Shown one piece after another: positions 25,553-40,786 of a DNA stretch of 64,000 nucleotides. The position numbers and the translations under genes were made by a program. Numbering within the stretch: position 1 is the first letter of the stretch; every line of letters begins with the position of its first letter. Source of the DNA: Spizellomyces punctatus DAOM BR117 (Eukaryota); the NCBI GenBank assembly GCA_000182565.2, contig KQ257450.1; one strand, written 5' to 3'. The notes beneath the pieces were generated by a model, which had not been told where the DNA came from, did no database searches, and saw only the letters and a program-made list of their open reading frames with translations.

Positions 25553-26078
25553 TCATGCTGAAGAATTCGTCTCGGAACTTTCCCTTTTGGATTTGAAATG
25601 CTGCCGCATTCTTGCAGTCTACATTGGACCAATGTCAGTGGACTGAAAACTGGACATAAACAAATGCCATTTGTGTACCTCCTGCCGCACTTCTTCCATA
25701 GATTTGGGGAGTTTCTGTAGTGCGGAAACCATTGTAAATACGGTAGCTCTCAGTAAAAGAACAAATGATAGAAACGCACAAAGAGCTGCTCTTCGGGCGT
25801 TTTGAAAGACTCCACCGTTTGTTGCTGGACAAGTGGCAATATCAGCATAGAAAGCAGAGTTTGCGTGCTATTATCGAAATACGCACATGTTCTCGACTCA
25901 ACATCTCCTGAAGTTCTGGTCGGTTGAACAAGTACAGTACACCAATGGGGAAGAAGATATATACGCCAAACTTACGGAGACGAAGAGTATTAGTTGGGTA
26001 CAACCTTGAGAAATCTGTCTCTCGTGCGGAAATTACCTTTAGCATTTCGGTCCTGACAAAGTTCCTCGGTAGAGGCAT
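25553..26078 (-). CDS. PET100: Pet100-like cytochrome c oxidase assembly factor (4 exons)
   Basis: Spliced product MPLPRNFVRTEMLK|FGVYIFFPIGVLYLFNRPE...KLPKSMEEVRQE|TARMRQHFKSKRESSETNSSA. The E..KFG.Y..FPIG...YF pattern matches Pet100. Confidence 0.75.
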
Positions 26079-26306
26079 GGTATGAGTTCGCTTTTCGGAA
26101 GGCTCAACAAGAATGAATAAGTTCAAGTTTGCTGGGCAAACTCAAGACGTTGCCGAAACCTCAACGCTGACCATGTTTGATTCGAATGACTGTTGCCATA
26201 GCTTCGTGAGCGAAGCCACACTCCACCCACTTCCGTCCACCTCTTCGGACACGATCTGTCTCCGCTCACACGCTTCAAAGGTCAAACTCCAACTTTTCCT
26301 ACAATA

Positions 26307-28762
26307 ATGTCGTCCTTCAAAACCCAAATATACAGAATCTTGACAAAAAAGCATGGCCTCACACTTAAAACGGAGGCACTCAAGTATCTGGAGGATGTTG
26401 TTGCAGAACTCCCAAACGAACAATTGGCCGAAACCTTGGACTACATTGCTTTATCATATACACAACAACAAGGTACTTTGCTGGTCAGCGCAATATATAA
26501 AAAGTTATGGACTGAGACCCTAACCTTAATTTCTGTGCATTCAATCAGAAACAAGAAAGCTCCTAGTAGATCGCGCCAGTCTCGAGGAAGTAGTGCAAAA
26601 CATCTTTCGGAAATCCGCGATAAACCAAGCCTTGGAAAACGCAGTCAGTGCCTCGTCAAATGGAGACTCGGAAGCTGTTGGAGGAATGGTTGGGGAAATC
26701 AGCATTGAAGATATTGCCGGGTATCTGCATGTTATAGATGCATTCTCGACTCCGCGGTGGAAGTGGCGACCCGACTCTAAACAATTTACAAGGTTGCTAT
26801 CGCCATCTTGATTTATGTTTCTGTAACGCTGATCAATATAGTTAACGAAAGAATCATGGAATAGATCTCATGAAAAGCCACGACTGCTGGCGCCACCCGC
26901 TGCAAAAGCCGTGGCATTTCGCGATCGCTACGATATACTCAAGCAGCGCGTGCTTCGTAACGATGCCTTCCGCCCGTCTACCTTTACGAGAACGGGTGAC
27001 CATTTTGAGGTTCGATATTATCCCGCCTCTACGTCGAGAGCATTTAGCTCACCCAATCTGCGAGCAGATCACGTCCATAAAGAATTTGCAGGGACATAAG
27101 CCGGGCAGCTACCTTCTTCTTGGGATGTTGACAACGATCGAAGAAGGAAAGTACCATCTTGAGGATCCGGATGGATTGATTGAGATCCACCTAAACGGCA
27201 AGGTGAGTGGTGTGATTTAACTTTCACTCCTTTTATGATAGTTACTCATTGTATACCTCTTCGATAGATTGACAAAGGAGTGGGTCTTTTCTGCTTGAAT
27301 TGCTTTGTTCTTGCCGAAGGGCTTTATACAGAAGATAGAATCTTCAAAGTAAGGACGCTAGGCATGCCACTGCCCGAAACGAGACAAAAATCGCTGTAAG
27401 TCCTTGGGCATCGATGCTCAATTACGTGAGAACCGTCTAACCTCATAGCATGTAGGTCCGCGTTTGGACATAACGTAAACTTTTTTGGAGGGCCATCGGC
27501 TGGTGACGATCAGGTCTTACGACAGATTTTAGCGTTCTAACATTCCGCATACTGTTGCTCACGTCGACCTTTCCCTCAGATGGTACTGGAAAACATTGAA
27601 GTAAATATGACAGATGTGATATTCGTTATAATATCTGATGTCTGGCTTGATCAACCACGGGTATGAGTCGTCCTTCTTTCTTCACATTGCCCTGCCGGCG
27701 CGCTGATGTATTGTAACTGCCAAAGGTAGTCATGAAGCTACGACGGCTCTTTGAAGGATTTTCGAGCACTAGTTCTGCACCACCACTGGCCTTTATATTG
27801 ATTGGAAATTTCATGTCGATACCGTATCTCTATGAGGGCCAACATCACGAGCCATATAAACGTAAGGCAGTTCGATATTTTTTTTTTCCACGAAGGGATC
27901 CGCAAATCTTATTCTTTGTGCCACATGATGTAGAGTGCTTCAACACCCTAGCGGATCTCCTATCAGATTTCCGCGATCTGGCTCAAACTTCACGTTTCAT
28001 CTTTGTACCTGGCCCGCAGGACCCATGGGGCGCAAAAACACTACCGAGACCCAGTATACCAAAATACTACACAGAGCGGATCAGAAGCAAGCTACCGAAA
28101 GCCATGTTCATGAGTAATCCGTGCAGGTAGGCATATTTCAGTGATCATGTCAAACCACTGTCCGTTGACTGTTGCATCCCCTGTGACAGAATCAAATATT
28201 GTACCCAAGAAATCGTAATCTTCCGTGACGACATTGTTAAACGTATGCGAAGAGGATCGATTGTTCCACCGCGAGAAGACGTGGATGTGTCACTGGAGCG
28301 ACACGTATGTTGTGACTGCAAAGGTCTAGATTATACATTGACTGACCCATGTTCGACATCAGCTCGTAGCAACATTAATAGATCAAGCGCATTTGTGTCC
28401 CCTTCCTCCCGCTGCTCGGCCAACATATTGGGGATATGATCATGCATTGCGACTGTATCCACAACCACATCTGGTATTACTGCTCTATTGTTTACGCAGA
28501 AGAGCGTGGAGTGGGATGGTGTCTCATTTTATTTGTTTTGTTAGCTTGTCCTTGCCGACAAACACGAGTCATATTCTGTAGATTATGAAGGATGCAAATG
28601 CATCAATCCTGGATCGTTTGGAGGAGCAGAGTTTGAGTTCATGGTGTATCATCCTGCAACAAAGTCGTGTCAAGCGAGGTAAGTCGAAAGCTTTGGGGTT
28701 TTACTTGCCATTCATGAGCGTTGGGCTAATAAGAACACTTTACTTGCAGCAAAATTACCTAG
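26307..28762 (+). CDS. DPB2: DNA polymerase epsilon subunit B
   Basis: [78 protein letters not shown]; about 11 introns. Confidence 0.93.
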
Positions 28763-29057
28763 ACTCTGTTTCTTTTTATTTTTATGTATATATTTAAATT
28801 GAGCCAGCTTTCTCTCTTCTCTTCCTCGATTTTGGGCCATCGGGCACATTTTAGCAAACTACGCAATGTAGTCTCTAGAGCAAATGAACGATAGACACTT
28901 TTTGAAAAAAAAAAGTTACAAATATATTAAATGACAAGATCTAAACTACGGAACTCTGTACAATATCAATGCAAATTTCGCTGTTCCCTTCTACAAAGCA
29001 GAGAAGCCAAAAACGGGACAACTACCTGCCGAACCTTTCCCCCCCGTAAATTGATCG

Positions 29058-31529
29058 TCACTCATCTTTTATTTCGGGTTGAACGGCTCCTTCCAATGCC
29101 TGTTCCAATTTTTTCATAAACGCTCCGCTTTGATTCCCTTGTTTATCCTCTGCATCACTTCCACTTTCCGATGCCGTCCCTGATGCCGTGGCTGACGATC
29201 CAACCAATCTAGCTGCAGCTACGCCCTTCCTCCTGGGGCTCAACGCATGACTTCCAATCCATTGCCATACCAAGTGCGACTCTCCCCTCAAATCCATGAC
29301 CGTTTCCCGCACATTACTATTCTTGAGCACCAATTGATGCACTTTCTCCCAGGTGAGATCGCGAGCTCTTTCGTCAACCAGATGCCACTTGGTGTGTCCC
29401 GTCTTTTCATCAAAAACACTCTCCCCTTTTCCTTTACCATGTCGGTCGCTACCGGGAATGACATGCGGAAGTAAATAATCCTTGAGTTGGGCTACGGACA
29501 AACCAGGGATAGGGTGGCGGGTTGGGTCAAGTCGATAATTTTCCGCTTCGTCAGATACGGCATCCAAGACATCCTCTACGAGTCTTGCAATCATACGGGC
29601 CTCGCGAGCTACCGCTTGACGTTGGTACCAAAACCAAACAAAGAAAATAACTGTAATGCCAAGAGCAGAAAGTGGTAACCAGTAGGCTCTAGAGGTTTCC
29701 CAAATCGAACGTTTTAAGCGACACGATACAGACATGATCGGTGGCTGAGTAGAGTAGAGAAGACGTGTTCGCCCAGTTTCGTCCATAATTTCAGCTAGAT
29801 CCGATGTCGATTGGTCTGGTCCGGACTCACGAATAAGTTGAATAGCCAAGTCCCAGTAGGTTTTCAACTTTTCATCATCCCATTTTTTGCCAATCACATT
29901 CCTAAGTTCGTCCCTTGCGACACTGTAAGGCATCCCCAAAATATTTCCAGTAGCGGTAGATCTGAGCGGGTCGGTTATTTGCCGGATGATACCACCGCAC
30001 TCTGCTGTCCCAATCCACGTTCGGACCACCGTACTTAGAAAGTTGAGAAGAGCTTCAATGTGCTGCTGGCGCTGCACTTCTGCCTTCTGCTTTTTTGTAT
30101 CTTTCACGCACTTGGGTTCGGCCAGAGGAAAAGGCAAATATTTGCTTGGTATAGCCGTTGTAAGGAGGTTCGGCTCAAGAATATAATCCGGATGGTCACA
30201 ATCCAAGACAGTCTTGTCAACACACACGCCGCGCGGTGGACATTTTCTGCATATGGGCAGAACCAACCCAAGCGGGTTGTACCCTTCATACGTTCCATTT
30301 CGGACAGCAGTTTCATTACCATCACAGTAGCCCATCACATCTCTTGCTTCCCAATACCAATGTCCGAAAGTTGCTGCAGCAAGGAACACGAGGAGAGTAA
30401 TCAAAAAGGTGCGGTCCGTCTTTGCTGGCATTACTGTAGAAGGACGCTTGAATCTCCTTTCCGGTCGCTTGGTAGATTTCGGCCGAGGCGGTGTGGTCTT
30501 TCTTGGAGTTACCGTTGCCCATGTGTCGTCGCCTGTAGCCGATTGTTGTTCCATGCTGTTTCCCTCCGGAATAGCCGACGGCTCTTCGGGCTCAGCTTCT
30601 GTAAGTGACACGCTGGGCGTGACTTCCTTTGCTGGTTCGTCTACTTCGGGCTGCTTCTTCTCGATGGGATGGAATAAGAGTTCCTCGCGCTCGCTCGTTG
30701 AATCACTTAGGGTGAGCGGTAATGATTGGCGTGCAGCGGCCGCCTTTCTGCGCGAAGCAAGGAGGTCACCTCCAATCGTCTTACGACGATCTCCGGTACG
30801 GCTTCGAGCTGAAGGTACTGGGGAGTCAGGCACATCTGAATCCGCCGCTTTAACCGGGGTATGTTGCGACATTTTGAACATGAAGGGTTGCGGAGATGCA
30901 GCGGCCTGCTCAGGAAAAGTCGCCACAGAATGCCGAGGCCTGCGTCCAGTGTGAATTTGTGTCGGTTGATCTTCATCATCGGAAATTTCGGTAGGCGCGG
31001 CGATGGTAGTACGCCGCTTTTTCAAAACTTTTGTTTTGGCACCTGTCTTGACAGGAGTACCTTTGGGTGGACTTTGGAATGGATTGTCGTCTGAGAACAC
31101 TTTTCGGTCATCTACATTTGCAGCCGGAGTCGTTGGGAGTTGCTCGTCGCTCCCAGCCCCGTCGCCAGGTTTAAAGGGATCCACCATATCGCTGGAGAGT
31201 GTGACTCTCCTCCTGCGTGTCTTGAGGTCTGGTGTAGGTGCAGCGCTCGAAGGCGCAGCGCTGCTCCCTTGACCAGAATCGGCATCAAGAGACCCAGAGC
31301 CAAAGTTCTTTGGTGCTTTTCCGTACGATTTCGTCAGCTCCTCCATAAATTTGTTCCGGTTGGGAGTGATGTGCTCTTTGAATAAACCAACGTAAACGTC
31401 CTTCTTTGCTCGGGATGTAGGGGTCGTTACTCCGTGCCGGCCTAGTAAGCTCGTCAGCTGCTGGATGGTCTGTTTTGCCGGGTCAAAGTCCGGTTTCAAA
31501 TGGTCGGGGATGTCTGGTTTATCGGCCAT
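29058..31529 (-). CDS. Inner nuclear membrane LEM/HEH + MSC domain protein (Heh1/Src1/Man1-like)
   Basis: N-terminal HeH motif (PDFDPAKQTIQQLTSLLGRHGV...KKDVYVGLF), two TM helices flanking a Cys-rich luminal domain (GYCD, CRKCPPRGVC), C-terminal WEKV...NSNVR...WQWIG; single 823-aa ORF. Confidence 0.9.
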   Translation of the reverse strand: MADKPDIPDHLKPDFDPAKQTIQQLTSLLGRHGVTTPTSRAKKDVYVGLFKEHITPNRNKFMEELTKSYGKAPKNFGSGSLDADSGQGSSAAPSSAAPTPDLKTRRRRVTLSSDMVDPFKPGDGAGSDEQLPTTPAANVDDRKVFSDDNPFQSPPKGTPVKTGAKTKVLKKRRTTIAAPTEISDDEDQPTQIHTGRRPRHSVATFPEQAAASPQPFMFKMSQHTPVKAADSDVPDSPVPSARSRTGDRRKTIGGDLLASRRKAAAARQSLPLTLSDSTSEREELLFHPIEKKQPEVDEPAKEVTPSVSLTEAEPEEPSAIPEGNSMEQQSATGDDTWATVTPRKTTPPRPKSTKRPERRFKRPSTVMPAKTDRTFLITLLVFLAAATFGHWYWEARDVMGYCDGNETAVRNGTYEGYNPLGLVLPICRKCPPRGVCVDKTVLDCDHPDYILEPNLLTTAIPSKYLPFPLAEPKCVKDTKKQKAEVQRQQHIEALLNFLSTVVRTWIGTAECGGIIRQITDPLRSTATGNILGMPYSVARDELRNVIGKKWDDEKLKTYWDLAIQLIRESGPDQSTSDLAEIMDETGRTRLLYSTQPPIMSVSCRLKRSIWETSRAYWLPLSALGITVIFFVWFWYQRQAVAREARMIARLVEDVLDAVSDEAENYRLDPTRHPIPGLSVAQLKDYLLPHVIPGSDRHGKGKGESVFDEKTGHTKWHLVDERARDLTWEKVHQLVLKNSNVRETVMDLRGESHLVWQWIGSHALSPRRKGVAAARLVGSSATASGTASESGSDAEDKQGNQSGAFMKKLEQALEGAVQPEIKDE

Positions 31530-31921
31530 TGTTGCCCTGATTCGGCCGACTGGAAGTGCAAGGGATTTGAATGCAGATGATGTCCCACGTAGGAGAGTTG
31601 AAAAGTAAAATGTAGACTAAAACAAGGCTTGCTAGATTATGTTTTCGTAAGATTTCAGCCGGGGCTTGTTGAAGATCACTCACGTTGGAGGAAAAAACCA
31701 GACCGAACCTGTCATGTCCGAAAACGCGCAGCTCAGGCAGTTGCGCGCTGATCTGCGTACGTAATTTCAGTCAAATATGGATAAATTACATCTACATTTG
31801 GATAAATGAGCTTACGCTCCAACCAATCAAGACGGTCTCAGTTTTTTTGGTTAGTTCTTGAACCCAGGATATCACTCCGACCAGCAATAGACAGCGATAG
31901 AATACGCTCATTAGGGCAAAA

Positions 31922-34309
31922 ATGGGAACTCGAGGACGCCAAGCCAAGAAGCAACAGCGGGAACCCGCACCTTTAGATGAATCTACTATAGCGCGAATAA
32001 AAGGTGTGCCAGTAGGTGCCAAGGCCAAAAATGGATCGAAGAAGGCAGCTAAGGGGAAGGCAGGTGCTTCATTGGACCGAAATACGAAAAAGGCAGGCAA
32101 CCAGAATGGGAAGGGAGGAGCTCGAGGAAAGACGCAGAAAAGTGTAGAGGAGGTGTCGGCTATTGGGGAGTCGGATGACGAGGAAGCAACCCTCCCGCCT
32201 GCAAAAAGGAGCAAAGATATCAACGGAAAGCCAAAACAGAAACGGACGCCAGCCGACGAGCCAGAGGTCGAGCCAGAGCTGGATGAAGATAGCTGGGAAG
32301 ACCTTGATGATGGTTTTGACGATGTGGAGGACGACGGAATGGACATGTGGGACGATGCCGAGTTGGAGGATGATGAGGATGGACTCATGGTAAAACCCGT
32401 TCTCTGTCTTACTAATCGCGCGAATACTGACCGAAGGTGCTAGGGTGATGAGTTTGATGATCTCGAAGGTTCTTCTGATGAGGAAAATGGTGGTGGTCAA
32501 ACATTAGCGATGGCCTTTGGTTCAGATGAAGAAGGATCGGACGGATCGGAAGATGATGAGCTGGAGGTGGAGAAGCAAGCACGAGAGCTGGATGAGCAAG
32601 CTAAAGAAGATGAACGTCTGGCTGACGAGGAGCTGCAGACTAACATCGCTCAACGGGAAGTCTTCGTTTTGCCATCTGGACAGGAAATTGAAAAGGATGC
32701 TCAAGTTGCGGAAGATGTATCATTAGTACAGACTCGAATCCAGGAGATCATTCGTGTGTTAAATAACTTTAAAGAATTAAAGGATCCTGACCGTCCACGA
32801 TCAGAATACATCGATCAGCTCATCAAAGACATCGCTACCTACTACGGTTACAACGATTACCTCGCCGAGAAACTATTCCACCTCTTCCCCCTCTCCGAAG
32901 CCATCGAGTTTTTCGAAGCGAACGAAGTACCACGGCCTGTCGTCATTCGTACAAATACTTTGAAAACACGGAGAAGGGACTTGGCACAAGCGCTGATCAA
33001 CCGTGGAGTCAATCTCGAGGCAGTTGGAAAGTGGTCCAAAGTCGGCCTTCAGATTTTTGATTCGCCGGTCCCAATCGGTGCTACACCAGAATACCTCGCC
33101 GGTCACTACATGCTTCAGGCTGCGGCATCATTTTTGCCAGTAATGGCATTGGCGCCCCAAGAGCATGAACGCGTTCTGGATATGTGCGCTGCTCCCGGAG
33201 GGAAAACAACATACATTGCCGCTCTTTTAAAGAATACTGGTTGTCTATTTGCGAACGACGCAAACAAGGATCGATTGAAGTCACTGATGGCAAACTGCCA
33301 TCGTTTGGGAGTTAAAAACTCGGTTGTGTGCCATTACGATGGGCGGGAGTTCCCTGGCGTTATAGGAGGGTTCGACAGGGTACTATTGGATGCCCCCTGC
33401 AGTGGCACTGGTGTTATCTCCAAAGACCCTTCCGTAAAGATCAACAAATCAGATGAAGATTTCCGTATGTTGACTCATGTCCAGAAGGAACTTATTCTTT
33501 CTGCCATCGACTCTGTCGATGCAACATCGAAGACTGGGGGGTACATTGTTTACTCCACATGTTCGGTTACGGTAGAAGAGAATGAAGAGGTGATTGAGTA
33601 CGCATTGAAGAAGAGACCCAACGTCAAATTGGTGCCGACGGGGCTGGAGTTTGGACGTGAAGGGTTTGTCAGCTTCCGTGGCAAAAAGTTCCACCCGACT
33701 CTTTCGCATACTCGACGATACTACCCCCACACACAGAATATGGACGGGTTCTACGTCGCCAAATTGAAAAAGGTCTCAAATAAAGTGCCCGGGAAGACAT
33801 CGACGGAGAGTGAAGCTACTGGTGAAGATTCAAACGTAAAGACTTCCAGCAAGAAGACCAAAGTTGAGGAACAGACGGAGTCTTACGGTTTTGACGAAGA
33901 GGAGGATAAGCAGTACATTGCGGAAGCAGAGCGAAAACGTTTGAAGCGTAAGGGAATCAAGGTGACTGCTACGCCCTCGAAGATAACAGAGGAAGAGGAA
34001 GCAGAAGCCAAATCCGCATCTGCGGCGCCCACAGAAACGAAGCAGAAAACGCAGCAAAATGGACAGGCGATAGCGGGGGAGCCATCAATAGGGAAGAAGC
34101 AACAACAGAGAGCTGACAAGAAGGCGGCGAAAAAGGCAGCCCTTAAAAGACTGAAGGCGGGGGAGGAGATTGAGGTGGATATAGATGAGAATGGCGCTGT
34201 AGACGCAAAAGCGTCGACCGGATCAGCTCCTGCAGGTCAAACAAAATCGGCGAAGGGGGATGCACGCGAAAATCATCCAGCAAAAAAGAGAAAGCGAGCG
34301 GGCAACTGA
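31922..34309 (+). CDS. NOP2: 25S rRNA m5C methyltransferase Nop2
   Basis: RTNTLKTRRRDLAQALINRG, LDMCAAPGGKT, DRVLLDAPCSG, VYSTCS, HTQNMDGFYVAKL; acidic N-terminus; one intron ~32390-32443. Confidence 0.96.
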
Positions 34310-34486
34310 AATTTCGATATCATTTTGTTTAATCAATTTATTTCTTTGATCAAATATCATTCCTGTATATTTTCGCATATTTGTGGGCCTGTCATCATCA
34401 TTGCTTTCGATAAGCCATTGTGACCTGATGATCGTTCTGATTTGCAATAAGTCATCGCTCAAAGAAAGCGTATTAATCATATTGCC

Positions 34487-35512
34487 TCAACGTCGTGCCG
34501 GTGCCCCGCCCTGTGGTGGTTCTTCTCCTCCGCCTCCCATCATGAGGATGATCATAATGGGGACAATATAGTACCTACAGGGTAGTCCGCATTCAGAAGA
34601 GGAAGGTCACGTACTATGCACATCAGAAGACGAACCAGTATTTGGCCAAAAATGATTGTTCCTTGGCTGGTTTGCCATCCGGCGTAGATTCAACTATCTG
34701 GTCGAGTTTTGGCCTGGAATCCACGCATCAGGTAAATAATCGTTCAAGGAAAAGTTCCACAAGATTTGGCATACTACCTCGGTCCATCTACCGCTCTCTC
34801 GAGCAGCACTTGTGTTCTGGGGGACCGACCCAACTGTTGTCATGTCAGACAGTAGTGACACGGTGAGCCAAATGTATCGCGCGGCGCACGCATGATATAA
34901 CGGACCTTTCTACTCGTGTCGCAGTCTGTTGCGTCTACAAGATAGTCCATGTGCCATGGGCCCCCTTACGCTGACAACGTCAGAAATTGGTTGACACATC
35001 GAATGAAATGTTTTACCTAACATGCGTACCATTTGAGTCCAAATGTAGGGTAAGCTGCTCTCGATATTCCGACGCTTGCAACAAGCACTGTACATCCACA
35101 AGTTTAAGTAGGAGAACTCTCGGCCATAATTGTGCATCATGGATGACAAACTTACCACTGGAACTGCTGCACTGAGATCTACACCATTGTTACCCTTCAC
35201 TCGAACCCGATACAATAGCGATCTATCCGACGTGTCTCTTCCCTTCAAGAAATCAGGAATTGGTACCTCTGATTCGTATTTATTTGCAGTCCGTTTGGGG
35301 GAGGTGGGATCATACACGAGGCTGCCTCGAGGTGTAAATGGCTGGTCGTCAATACTATGGAGGACTTCTAACTAGTGAAAGGTTTAGGACGAGTGAACTT
35401 TGAACGGACAGCAATAACACAAAGTTTAACGCACTACTGTAGGTTGAGCAAGAGCTGTAGCAGCGAGTGCAGCGAGTAAGAGAACTGACTCAAGGAGGCG
35501 ACGAAAATGCAT
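34487..35512 (-). CDS. EMC10: ER membrane protein complex subunit 10
   Basis: Signal peptide MHFRRLLESVLLLAALAATALA, FTPRGSL, LYRVRV, and C-terminal EQSFLAKY|WYYIVPIMIILMMGGGGEE, typical of EMC10. Confidence 0.8.
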
Positions 35513-35647
35513 CTTGATTGGTATGCCGCCAGCGACGACGAGTCAAGAGCGCGGCGACGATCTGCTTGACCCGCGTGTTGCTATGGAAATTTGCTCCACC
35601 AAATTCAACAAGCACAACAACGATCTTGGGTCTTAAACTCACTAAAA

Positions 35648-36824
35648 ATGAAGCACGGAACCCGGTTCTGGGAGAAAAAGCTCAACCGAACCCCAGCTCA
35701 CCGCCGGGCGTTGCTGAGAAATCTTCTCACCCAACTTGTTTATCATGAGCGCATTCAAACAACAGTGGCCAAGGCGAAGTATATGAAGAGAGCGGCGGAC
35801 AAGGTATAGGGTTGAAGTATTGCTCAACACCTTTTCTAAGTCATTACTTACCCGTTTTCGTCAGCTTATTGAATGGGCAAAAGCCGGTGATCAAGAAAGT
35901 CTGAAAAAGGCTAAGGCTTTGTTATTTGTAGGTTCTTTTGAGTTTCGCGCTCGTTTTTTGCTGAATTAACTCAATTCTCGCACGTATGGTTAGGTCCCTC
36001 ACATCACAGTATCCAAACTTCAAGGACCTCTAACTGCCCGGTATGCCAGTCGGAAAGGTGGCTATACTCGGATTCACTTGAATGGATTTCGCAGTAACGC
36101 TTCTGATCGCGCTCCATTGGCGATTGTTGAGTTTGTGGACAATCCAAGGGATATCGTCCATGGTCTTGCCCGTCAGCATGTTTCCACAATCCGAACCCGC
36201 CTACAGGAGCTAGAATCCCGGCTATATGCTCGTGAAGTGATACCGATCCGTGACCCTGTAACCGGGATGCCTGGAGAGGTGGTGAAATTGAAGGACAGAC
36301 ACAACCTTCCAGGTCGTGAGAAGATGAAGTTAGCCAGACAAGAGTTGGGTTTGATGAAAATGTTGCAAAAAATGGAGCGAAGCTTAGAGAGTTGGCCGCG
36401 AGCCAGAGAGGTGGAGGCAGAGCATGCAAGAACTGCACGGGAACAGCGGGAAGCGCGAGACCAACCACTAGTGGAGGTAATGCAACAGAAACTTGACGAG
36501 GCTTTATCTTCAGGGGATGGGCGGTTGAGTTGGGCGTTCAGGAGAGCGTTGAGACGAGGACGATATGTAGTCGATCAGGATGGAAAAGTGTCTAGGGCAC
36601 CGTCTGCGGCCGAAGAAGCGTTCGAGGGCATTGTCGTGGAAGCTGGGGCAGGCGAGCATGCGCTTGCACACACGGATACAGTGGCTATACCTGAGATTGA
36701 CACATTGACAAGCAAAGATACAACACGAGAAACACAGGATGGGCAATCTGTAAAGGAGGGAGACCAGGAGGTCTCAACTCTGGGGCGATTATTCGGAAAG
36801 TTCGGCTTGGGCTCGAAGAAATAA
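35648..36824 (+). CDS. MRPL17: Mitochondrial ribosomal protein bL17m with a long C-terminal extension
   Basis: [61 protein letters not shown]; two introns. Confidence 0.9.
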
Positions 36825-37276
36825 AGACCATCCATTCACACTAGTAAGCATTTTATCAATAGAATTCAACAATTACAAAGTCCAAAGCTGGCAATTACGA
36901 AGGAGCCCTGCACTATACAAATCACCAGCCGTTCTCAATCATTGGGTCCTTCCACAAAGATAGGAGGTGGTACCAGCTAATAATGGAGAACTAACGCTGA
37001 ATATGCGCTCATGTCGGGTGGTACATAGGGTCTTCTTACCCTTGGAATGTCAGGTTATCGAAGCTTTAAATTGATAATTATACTGCTAAATCACAATGTT
37101 ACATGATGCTGAAGTTTGTTAACCCAACTTAAAATGCACAAAAGAAGGGAAGAGGAAGAATAATTCTGGAATGAAGGTTTACTGGGTATATCGCAGATGG
37201 ATTTGCAGGCAGCGCGTTGTTTGAATCGTGGCTTGTCACCTTGAATTCCTCAACGATCTGCCACGGATCTACCAAG

Positions 37277-40692
<3,416 letters not shown>

Positions 40693-40786
40693 GCGAGGTT
40701 TGCAGCCCAGGGTAGGAGCCCTCATTTACAGAAAAACTTATATTAACGGGCACACAACTGCGACGCTCTATCTAGAAAATGGCTAT

